Below are positions 50,972 to 62,460 of a stretch of DNA of 64,000 bases, one piece after another (positions within the stretch are counted from its first letter, which is position 1; each line of letters begins with the position of its first letter). This stretch comes from Schmidtea polychroa. Lineage: Eukaryota. The stretch is from NCBI GenBank assembly GCA_044892525.1, contig CM097885.1, positions 200,384,001-200,448,000 of the forward strand. The letters run 5' to 3'. Below the pieces are notes generated by a model. That model saw only the letters and a program-made list of their open reading frames with translations, did not search any database and was not told where the DNA came from. The translations under genes were made by a program, and so were the position numbers.

Positions 50972-53900
50972 TTAATAAATTTAGCTCCCACACGACAATA
51001 AGTATATTAAGTAATTATTTTTGTTATTTAATTCATTAATGATTTTGTGTGTGATTGAAATAATTATTTTATTTAAATAATTTAATGATTTATCATTTTC
51101 ATCTACACCTTAATATACCAATTTGTGCAATATAATATATTGCAAAATCCAAAAAATTATTATTTTGTTGTATGAAATTTGTTTCAAAGCCCCATATATA
51201 TATTAAAAATAATTTTCACTTCACTTTTTTAAAAATTAAATTCATACTTTAAAACATTTAATATTAAAAAAATAAAATACTTAAAAAATTAATTAACTTA
51301 TTTACTTTAAAGTGTAAACAAGATATTCTCTGTGACTGACAAAAATTTGCTTATTTTTCACTTTACCAAAGTCTTATATAGGTTACTGAAAATAGAGTTG
51401 AGCAAACTTTGCAAATTGTGACGACGTCATTGAAAGGTCCATAAATAATGTTTGCCAAATTTAGTGATAACATTTTCAAATGGTGCTGGCATTTAGGTCT
51501 TCCATTTTCAAAATTGATGCGATTTGACCAACACAAATTGATTCAAAAAGTTTCAATGTCACACTGAGAATTCGATTTTAAGATTAATAATACATCATCA
51601 TTATTAATGTTTCTTTTCAATACGAATTATTTTAATTTTATTTAATCAAATTTGTTTGTTTTATTCCAATTATTAAAAATTATGAAATTAATTATTAATA
51701 TTTATTATAATTACGAAAATAAATTAATTCTAATATTAAATCTATTTTATTACATACCAGCTAGGAGGCATTGCTCAGTAATTACGTAATCGACGACATC
51801 AATCAAACACATTCAATAAACTTGCAACTTGCAGGAAAAGTATATAAAATAATTAATTAATTTATTATCATTTGTTTCTAGCATTTAAATTTGAAATATA
51901 CATAAAAATTCTAAGTAGTCAAAATTTTTTATTTGTATCATAATAAAAATAATGTCTTTTAATTCAATATTATGAAGCCAAATTTTGAGAAAACAATATG
52001 CAAATTTCAGCATACTTAGCAATAAAAATATAAATAATTTGTCTAATTAATGTTTTCATTATTTTTGCATTGTATTTATAAATTATATAATATAGATTTT
52101 TCAATTGGCTTTTTCATTTTTTTTTAAAAATTTAGTGCGAATTTAAACTTTAGTATAATTTTTACAAAATTTTATTTTTCATATACATTTTTAAAAATTT
52201 TCTGTTTCACTTGTTTTACCAAATATTAATTTAAAATATTTTTTATATTCTAATTTCTATTATAATAATAATAGTAATAATAATATTATAAATAGTAAAA
52301 ATAGACGTCCTAAGTAATATTAATAAACTGTATGTCTTACAGTACTTCTTAAACCTATCTTTAATTATTCCAAGTGCACTATGTCTCTCTGAATTAATTA
52401 GATGGATTAAAATATTTTTTTACGGATGTCTAACAATAAAATAATATAAATATTACAAGCTTTGTGATACCCAGTGCAAATTCCAATAGTAGACTAGTTT
52501 CGAGCTTTTGGTTCTCATCAGAGAAATCTTCGCGTCTCCTGCATAGTTAAATTTTATACGGAGAAGGATTGCAAAGAGGTAAAATTTATATATAATATGT
52601 TGTACAAATACATTAAATTAAATATTGGTTGATTTCAAATGTTTCTTTATGTATTCAACAAAGTGAGTAGGTAAGTATATTTTATTATTTAAACCCTATT
52701 TCATTTTATGTTTTCATTATTTTCATTAAATGTTTTATCTTGCATTAAGATATTCACACTTACGCTCATTATGCCTCGAATTGTATCAAAAATTAAATAA
52801 GCTCCAAACTGTAATTGAGTTCATTTTTCAATTTTTACTAACATTAAATTTAAATTTCATGGGTAATACAAGGAATTAAGGCAAACATCACTCCCTAATG
52901 ACATATTTGCTCACGCTCGCGGTTGACGTAATCGAAAAGAATTCAAAAATTATACTCTTTGGCAAAAGAACCTCAATAACATTTGAACTTAAACAAATAA
53001 TGAATTACGGTCGAGTTTCGACTTCTGGGAAAACCACCGTCTCTATGATGAAACCTAAAGCTTTTTCGTCTATGGACAAAACAAAAGTTACGATAAATTT
53101 TCTGTTACAATTTGCACAATATACCATGCTAACCTATCTAATAATAGTATTTTATAGTGATTTGTCAAAAATTGACCGAAAATTCTAATGAGACTAGAAA
53201 AAACTTTCAAAATTTTATTGATTATTAGACACAATCGATGACAGCATTGTGCCAGTAAAATATATATTTTTTAAATTTTAATTCATTAAATTAAAAAATT
53301 TTTGAATATTTTTATTATTTTGTTTGAATGTTTCACTCAATGAAAATTTTGTTTCATGTCGACTCAGAAAGTGAAATATTTTAAAAACCTTTTTTGTTAA
53401 CAATATAATTCGGCATTGGTACAAAAATAATAAAGCTGGCGTCTCAAGTTCCATGTGCATTTTGCAGTCGGAACAATTTCATATCAACATAGAGACAAAT
53501 AATTTCCAAATAATAAATCACAACAATTACATTAATTAAAATTTGAAAATTGAAAAATTTTGTTTGACTCAAACAATTGTCAGTAGAGTGACATCTAATA
53601 TTTTGCGGCATTGGTAAATACCATGCAAAACTGGCCAGTTCGAGTTAACACACACCCGCACCGGCCCGCGCGCACACACACATATACATACTTACGCGAG
53701 ATTCTGCACGGAGCAGCTACGTAGAAGAATAGGTGTGCATAGCACCAAAACACATAAAAGTTATCGTATTGTTTAAATCAACTCATTCCTGGTGAAGAGA
53801 AATTCGTGGAAATTTATTTTTATTATTATTTTTTGATTTTTTCATATTAATAAGATTTTTATATATTTTTGTGAAAATTTTCAAGGTCATATATTGGACA

Positions 53901-54067
53901 AATCCAAGACGCCAGAACTAATAGTTCCTTAATATTTGATTGACTGATTTGCGATAAACACGTCATATCCGAACATATAAAACATTACTAACCAAACGAT
54001 TCTCCATAATTACCACAACATCGTATGATAAAAGGAAATTTTATCTTATTTTTATTCCTACTGGTTT

Positions 54068-55061
54068 TTGAAGGTGAGTCAGTCAGAGTCGTCATATATG
54101 AAAAAAAAATCTCAAAAAGAAATATCTTATAAATTTAATGGTAACTCCTTTTCAGGAAATGCCAATGGGTTTCAGACGCAAATATTCCAATTCAATGCCG
54201 GTAACAATGCTCACAATGATCACGATACGACGGAATTTTCAAAAAATTTCCATAACAAATCTTCTAAAATCGAACTAAAACTGACAATAACTTATCGAAA
54301 TTTGATTTTTAACACTTCCTATGTTGATACTTTGTCTTCAATCCATCGCTCCTTCAGAGACAAACTCATTTCTACTTTAAACTCGTCATTGACGAATCGA
54401 AACTTGAAAGTCATACGAATTTCAATCGATAATATTCGGTGAGTTTTTCTTTTTTTTTAATTAATAATTGACGGAAATATTCTTTATCGAATTGCTTTTT
54501 TTTATCATTTACGACTTAAAATTCTTAAAAAAAACTCTCACGGCAAATGTATTAATCTGGCTATATCTATTACCAACGAACTCTCTGTAGTGAATCGCCA
54601 GATTATGTCAGACGTTCAAATTTGATAGTTGGTTTGCGAGAAAATGTAATAATTCTGTCTGAAAAATTTGTGAAAACTTAAACACTTTTTTGACTTAATA
54701 AAATGATTACTATTGGAAAATAATATTAAACAAATTAGAGAAATATTTGATTAAAAGCTGTAAAGAAAAATGTCTAAAAATGAAAATAAATGAAGAATTT
54801 GGAAAGTCTTTGGATCTCATCAAATACTTGGAGAAGGCAGGAAGACATCATTTTCCCAATAACTCAGGTTTAAAATATATTAGGTTTAGAAATTCAAAAT
54901 TAACCCTAACAATATATCTAAGATTTATTGATATCAAATTACAGTCACTGCAAAATTCAAATGACACATGCAATGCATCCACCACATGGGAACGATTCCA
55001 AGTTAATGAAATGATCATCCGATTGGACTGTCCTAGAAAATTTCAATACTGTCCGGTTTAA
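54068..55061 (+). other. Possible exons of a SEA-like-domain gene or pseudogene
   Basis: LKLTITYRNLIFNTSYVDTLSSIHRSFRDKLISTLNSSL...IDNIR followed by a gtgagt donor resembles a SEA domain; could not be joined into a complete gene. Confidence 0.3.
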
Positions 55062-56926
55062 TTCAAATAGTTTATTCCAATTACGAATAACAACTTTACT
55101 TTAAGAATAAATATTGTGAAAAGTCAAGGATAATAAAAGGTATAAGCAAGAGTATCGAAGGATTCAGCAACACAATATAAATTATTAATTAACTAACAAC
55201 ATATTAGTGGGGTTTGTTTTTTAATTGTAACAAAAAATCTGGAATAAAAAATCTTTATTATAAGCTCTTAAAATTTAATTTTTAATTTCATAGACAATTT
55301 TCAGACGCGGTATTTATTTGACAGACCTTTTCAATATACTAGCAAAACTAGACTGTACATATGTGATATATAAATTCTGACCTCAGAGTCAAAATCTGAT
55401 CTAAAATTGTCTAAAAAGTACATCTAAAATTATTTAGATCCATAAATAATAAATTTAAGCGCAAATAGTACTGCACCTCCCCAAATTTGATAAATAGAGT
55501 ATGGAAAAATAAAAAACAAATACAATAATTCTTCACCAGTCTAACAAGAACTAGAATGAACTCATGGCCAAAGTAGAATTATTGATTAATTTGATTTATT
55601 GGCTGTAAAAAATTTCCCATGTGAAGATTTTTTTTTTGTTTTTAAAGGATTTTACATAGATCGCCGAATGTTTATGCAAATGTGGCTCTGATTAAAATAA
55701 AAAATATCAGATTTAAATAACGAACAATGTCGTTATTGATAAAAATGAGGTAAATAATCCCGTAGTTAGAAGAGTAAAAATCTTTTAGAACAATATAGTT
55801 TTTAACATAAATATCAAAAGGAAAATTACCATATAGTGAGAAAATATGTCGGTTTCATGATATTCCTTGAGTTATAAAAACTTTATTGGTAATTTTCCAA
55901 TGTTGCACAGATAAGAATTATCTTTCTTATGAAAACGTCATGAAGAAATTAGAAAAATAGGTTAACAAACGAAAGGTTTTCTTTCCTCGAATACAAGATG
56001 AACTCCAATTTTAATCGAAAAAAATAATAAAAAATACATTTTTTAAGACTTCCATGTCTAATTGTGCAAGAAAATCCCCCGCAATCGAAAGGTAAGAATA
56101 TTAGGCGATATTTATTGGGAAAAACATCGTATTATAGCCTAAAATATTTCTGATAACAAAATGTCTATTATATTGAAATTAAAATCTTATTAAAATCATT
56201 TTACTTCTATCTGTTATCTAGAAATGTATTTATTTTCATTCTTCAAAACTACAAATAATTGAGCTGCTTCCTATTTGATAAATAGTCGAAAAGAATGAAG
56301 AGAGATGAAACCATATTGTGTAATAAATTTTTGCGACTGTTTTTGTTTTAATCAACTTTCAACAATCAAATATGACAAAACAAAATCAAACATATTATAC
56401 GAAGTTAGTAGAATCATAATAAAAACTTAATTATTCAGGGTCACGGTAACTTTTGAATCATTATATTCTTTTACAAAATATAAAGTTTATTTCCTTCAAA
56501 TCTATGAACAACTTCAGTTAATTATAACAAATAGTATAATTTGCCATGAGAGTTTTTTAAAGAATTTTAATTTAATTTTCACAAAATTTCTTGAAATCAA
56601 AAACGAGTCCACAAGTTATTTCTAAATCTGATTTTGACACTTCACATCATTCCATCATTCCATCATTTTTCGATAAAAATAACGATACCAATTCTAAAAC
56701 TGGTAGTGTAGGGACTTCGGAGTAGAACTAAAATCCTACGACAAAATTATATCATAGAATAAATTGAGAATAAAATAGAGTAAAGTAGTCTTTTGTCGTA
56801 GTCTTGAGATTGATTCAGCTGTATATCGAGAGTAGTGAATAGTAAGGACTCCAGGACACTTTCAAGGTCATCCCAATGTCCAGATCAAATATAGGTCAAT
56901 CGAATCATTTTTTTTTTTAATTAACA

Positions 56927-57066
56927 NNNNNNNNNNNNNNNNNNNNNNNNNNNNNNNNNNNNNNNNNNNNNNNNNNNNNNNNNNNNNNNNNNNNNNNNNN
57001 NNNNNNNNNNNNNNNNNNNNNNNNNNNNNNNNNNNNNNNNNNNNNNNNNNNNNNNNNNNNNNNNNN
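56927..57066. other. Assembly gap (140 N)
   Basis: N run. Confidence 1.
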
Positions 57067-57510
57067 TTTATTATGCTTTTATTTTAGTATTATTTTATTA
57101 TTTTATTATTTTATTTATTATTATTTTTTTTTTTTTATTTTTTTTTTTATTTTTTTTTTTTTTTTTAATTTTACATTTACATTATATTCTAACAAGAGGT
57201 AAATTATAACGATAATATTTCAATTTGAATAAAATTTTAATTAGTAATTATTCAATTTGAATAAATTTTAATTAGAAATTATTTAATTTATTATAAAATA
57301 AAACGCTGAGTTAATTTTAGATAAACTGGATATTAATATTTCGGAAAAAATAAATAAATAAATAAAATAAACACAAAAATAATATTTCTTACTTGAAACT
57401 AATTATCTAAATTAATTGGACAAATGAATAATTAAATGATAAAACACATTTTAATTAACTAAGTCAAACAATTCACAATATATATTTTATTATTCACATA
57501 AATTTAATTG

Positions 57511-60500
57511 TTAAAGTGCTTGTTTCGATTTGCATTCATTTCTAGACATAGCAGTTGCAATATGCATTTGGCGAATCTTATAGTGACCGTAGGCATAACT
57601 TTCATTACAATTGTACCAATACCTTTTATCGTCCAAACATTGGAGAGCTCGTTTTTCTGTCATGAAAGTATACAACTGATGATTGACACTTCCTATTCTT
57701 TTTTGTGGGATGCTCACTGTTCCACCATCAGTATACACTTTTTTATAGGCTTCATGTGTAAGATTAGAGTTTGTAAGTCTTATTCCTTTGGCTTTTAGAG
57801 TGTTTTTATCGCCTTGGAGTGAGTAGCACTTGGGTCGAAGAAACACCCATTCTTTATATTGATTTCCTTTATTCTCATCCTTGAATTTCCCGATTACCGA
57901 ACAAATTTTATCTGAGAACAATGGATCAGTCACTGGATAATTTGAAGTATCTAGGAGCCCATCGGCAATCATTTTTGGATATAGTTGTAAGCGTAAATCT
58001 ACATTTTTACACTCTAAAAAGAAGGAATCTGTGTCACCGGCTACGATATTAATTTGACAATTGAATTCTTCTCTATAACTCTGTAGTTCTTTATATTGAA
58101 ACTGGTACATGCGAAGTTTGGATAAATCAAGTACGGTTTGTCCAATATACATTGGTCTATCTAAACACACAATTTCCTTATTGAGTATAACAGCAATGAG
58201 ATCATCCGCAATCTTGATGCTACGACGAAACATAGGATTACTACAATAAGTTATCAATCTTTTGCTTTTGCTGCATAATCTCAAATTTATACGTTTCTTC
58301 AAGTTTTCCACAGTTTTACCGTATAAACTGTTGTTCTTTAACTTATAATAATCTCGCTGAAACGAATCTGTACTAGCTGCTCTCATTTTGGTATTGTAAT
58401 CAATATAGCCTTTGAAAATAGCCACTTGCTTGAATTCTACAGCACGATTAACTTTTGTGACTTTTGCGCCGTAACTCAACCACTCTGTCAAAACTCTACC
58501 ATTAACTACATAGTTTTTCTTAGGCTCATGAGTTAACAACAGCTTTTCAACTTTACTACCAGGTGGATAACAAAGCTCAGGAGCTATAGGTAAATCATCT
58601 AGTTTATCTTGTATACTATCAGGAATGACGATGTCAACCTCTAGAACATATCCAAGATCTCCATCAAACTTATCCCCATTTGCACATCTTTCAACAATAC
58701 CATTCATTTCAGTCTGATCATTTATCCATCTAAATTCACCAACAGGAAGTTTTTGCGACAGCGCCCATCCATATAAATTATTAACATCTAGGTATGACAT
58801 TTGTGTTGATTCATCAGCTTCAACATGATGTTTGTTGATAAATGTCATTCCACCACGAATACCAGCTTCAAATAAACGGTAAAGCTCTGGATCTTGAATA
58901 AGTTCTACTGGTTCAGGTAACTGTTTAATAGCTGATGCCCAACTTAATCCGGGTATGGAAACAAACGATAGAGCCTCAAGTCCATCTTCGTCAAATGTTT
59001 TTTCTCTGAAAGCTTCAAAAACATCGGCCAACAGAAAAACATCCAACTTGAGATATACTAGCATGTAATCTAGCAGTGTCTCACAGTTGTATTGTCGCCA
59101 GATTCGATTTGCATGTATATAATCTTCTTGACTAACTCCCTCCCAAATCGGTGGTAATTCTGTTATTGACTGTAAAACATCCATTGATGTAGCCATATCA
59201 TAAGGAAATATGCCTTTACCAGTTATTAAATGCGAATTGAAAATCTTTGAAGTAAGTGGAAGACGTGGCAAGTTTTTTGATAAATTTGCCAAGCTGCTAT
59301 TTAAAAATTGTAAAGAATCAATGAATCTAATTCTTCTGCCTTTCGATGTCGCTGTAAGTGTGAGAAACTTTTCTGTTGATTGAGGAATAACAATTAAATT
59401 CCAATCGGGGAATTTTCCAATTGCATATTTTAATATATGATGAATGTCATATCCACGAAGATTATGAAATACAACAGGTAAAGACGGATTGATTCTTCTA
59501 GCCAAATTACAATCTTGACACGCTGCTCCGAGATATTGACCAGTAAAATGATCATGATCTCGAACAGGTATATTGATAATCTTTTTACAAAGGTAGCAAT
59601 GAGTTTGAGTCGTGAATTCTTCCTGCTGTTCCCAAGTGAGTTCCATCATTTCCTTCGATCCATTAATTTTATACCACGGATAAACTATGTCTGTAGCTAT
59701 ATCATCCAATGCTTGTATAAACTGAATGATACAGTTTTTCCCAACAAATGTTTCATTTCGAATCGGACAACCTTGATGAAGAAGCACAAATTCAGATGCA
59801 ATCGGCTCATGTTTTTGGAAGTGCTTGTCATCTAGAGGTAATATTGATTCAAAGTCCGCGTAGACAACAAACTGCTGTTTTATAGTTTTACTCCAGTCTT
59901 TAAATTCGATATATTTATTCTCTGGCATTGAGTATAGAGTCGTCCGCTCCACATTCTTCCTACAAAGACCTATATGTCTTTCAAAAGCAGGACGTTTTTG
60001 AAACCCATGAAGACACGTATGACACCAATGTGATTGGATTCTGACTCCTTCTACTCTATCTCTGTAATTGAGCAGTCGATCGAGATTAGTTACAGCCAAA
60101 AAATGATAATTTAATTCTAAAATTTAGTTAATATTTTTAATGATTAAAAGAAATATTACCTTCTTCAATCAATAAGAGATATAATTGACATCCCGTCGAA
60201 GTACTTCTATATACCAAGTCAACGAACGGATTCTTGAAAATATCATTAGTTTTTTGTTTAATTGGATCTTTATTATATTTGAGAACATTGATCGCTAGAT
60301 TAGGATTCATTGCCTCAAATTGGCAAATGTTAACCAACTTCATTGGAAACCAATCTGATTTCCATTTTAACTCTAAATATATATATTTTTAGAATGATAT
60401 AAATATATATTACCACTTAAATTATATTTCATTACTCTTTCTCTGTGATGTTTTATGTCATCATAATGTAATACGGCCAGTATGCTATATAAAAAGCAGA

Positions 60501-61482
60501 ATTGATCATTATTTTGAACATTAACTAAAGCCTGGCAGTTTTTCAGGTAATTTGGCGTTTTAATGTAACTTGAACCTAAGTAATCTCTTGATTTATATAT
60601 ATAATAATGTAAATAATCTTACCAGATACATGTATTATGTCTGATAATTTAGTTAAAATCATAGTAACTTCTAATATTTTATGAATTCTCCACCCACTAC
60701 TTTGTTGAGTGTATTTCTCCAACTTTTCTTTTAATTTTTCAATTCCATCATTAATAAATGAAGATGACATTGTAATTGCTTTATTCGACAAACACCATTT
60801 TTTAATTTCACCATCCTCTTTGATAAACTCTGCACAAAGTCCAAATTGGATTTTTACTGTCCCCATTCGTTGAATATGATCTTCTATTTCTTTGATGAGA
60901 CAATCTGGAACAACAATGTCAGGAGAATTAATTGCAGATACATCGCTTGTCAATTCAACACGAGAACCGTTTAAGTCAGACTCCCGACGTGGACACAATT
61001 GTATGTTAGAGTCTCCATTTCCGTAAAATATTGACTTTCGTTTTGTGGTGCCAGAGTTTTGTCTAACTATATTTATAATTAATATTAAACAACTTAAATA
61101 ACATAACTTGTAACATATTCTTTAATCTCCTTAGGATCGTATGATGTATTCATTTTCGATTGTACTATAAAAAATTAATAATTGTTAATAGTAGAAAGAG
61201 TATTACTTTTAGTGATCATCCTGCTCTTCGTTTCTTCGAATCTTCTAAGATGGTGTCCGTGTTGTCGTACAAACATTAACCACCTACCTGGTGTTATAAT
61301 GAGACATTCCGGACATATGTAACCCGATAAGGTAGAGTCATTTATCTTGAAATATGATGATGTAACTGATTTACAGTTCTCCACATCTTCATGACTTTCG
61401 GCAATACAAAATTTATATAAACTGCATCCGTTCACTAAAAAATAATCATTAATATTAGATAGAGAATAAAAATTTATTCACT
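57511..61482 (-). CDS. Polinton/Maverick-type protein-primed family B DNA polymerase, 7 coding exons, ~1236 aa
   Basis: Exo motifs YADFES, FHNLRGYD, YLKLDV; pol motifs YLDVNNLYG, KLKNNSLYGK, GDTDS, GKFKDE, LRPKCYS, KAKG; EndoVII-like insert and C2HC finger. Coding exons 61482, 61434-61207, 61164-61108, 61066-60623, 60575-60414, 60372-60160, 60116-57511 sum to 3711 nt with no internal stop; exons 5-6 give family N-terminal blocks GSSYI.TP..VNVQN.D.FCF and FPMKL..ICQFE..N. The first three introns are less certain. Confidence 0.88.
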
Positions 61483-61504
61483 TATATAAGTTAAATTAAA
61501 AGTT

Positions 61505-61642
61505 TAAATGACAAACATTTGAAAAGTTACTGCTTATATATTACACATGATTAAATTCTGACCAATCAAAATCAAGGAAGGGGTAGGAAAAATAAATATA
61601 TTCTGACCAATCAAAATCAAGGAAGGGGTAGGAAAAATAAAT
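61505..61642 (-). promoter_or_regulatory. Putative Pol II promoter of the polymerase gene
   Basis: TATATAAG at 61540-61533 and TCATT initiator-like A at 61509 (31 nt spacing); two 42-bp direct repeats (61556-61597, 61601-61642), each with a CCAAT box. Confidence 0.65.
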
Positions 61643-62048
61643 GCATTACATTGCAGTATTTTAAAACTTAAATTTTAAAACACATTTTGACGCTAAAGTT
61701 GACTTATTTAACATTTTCATAATAATTTAATAAAAATAATGTGTTGAACTCACAAAGTAATATCATTTTTTTTTTTTTCATCAAATTGCAAAACAGTAAT
61801 AACGTTTTCATAAAATTGTAACAAAGTAATAACATATTTCAGATAAATTTTCAACAGTTGTAAAATATTTATCAAATTGTAACTAAAATAATAAAAATAT
61901 TGCAACAAAGTAATAAAATAATAATGGTAATTAAGACAAATCAATACATTATTTCGAAGACGGACAACAAATTAAAAAGAATATTGTAACTAAAATAATA
62001 AAAATATTGCAACAAAGTAATAAAATAATACAACATTTTAAACTCTAG

Positions 62049-62460
62049 ATCAATCCATTTTATAGAAAATTAAATTTTATCTATATAATATATGAATAAA
62101 TATCCAAGGAAATTACGTTAACGTATAATAAATACAAATTTATCGTAAAAACATGTGTGTATTACACACAAAACAAGATACATAATTTCTAATCAATCCA
62201 TTTTATAGAAAATTAAATTTTATCTATATATTATATGAATAAAATCCTAAGAAAATTACGTTAACCGCGCGAAAAATACAAATTTATCATAAAAACATGT
62301 GTGTATTACACACAACATACGAGACATAATTTTTAATCAAGCTATTTTATAGAAAATTAAATTTTATCTATATAATATATGAATAAAAATCCAAGAAAAT
62401 TACGTTAACCGCGCGAAAAACTACAAATTTATTGTAAAAACATGTGTGCATTACACACAA
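62049..62460. repeat. Three tandem ~142-144 bp units within the left inverted-repeat arm
   Basis: Units start ~62049, 62191, 62335 (atcaa..ttttatagaaaattaaattttatctatata...acatgtgtg.attacacac). Confidence 0.9.

Noticed and set aside
57508-57798. Plus-strand ORFs overlapping the polymerase, gag and piggyBac frames
   Set aside because: Antisense shadows of real coding sequence with no recognisable motifs.
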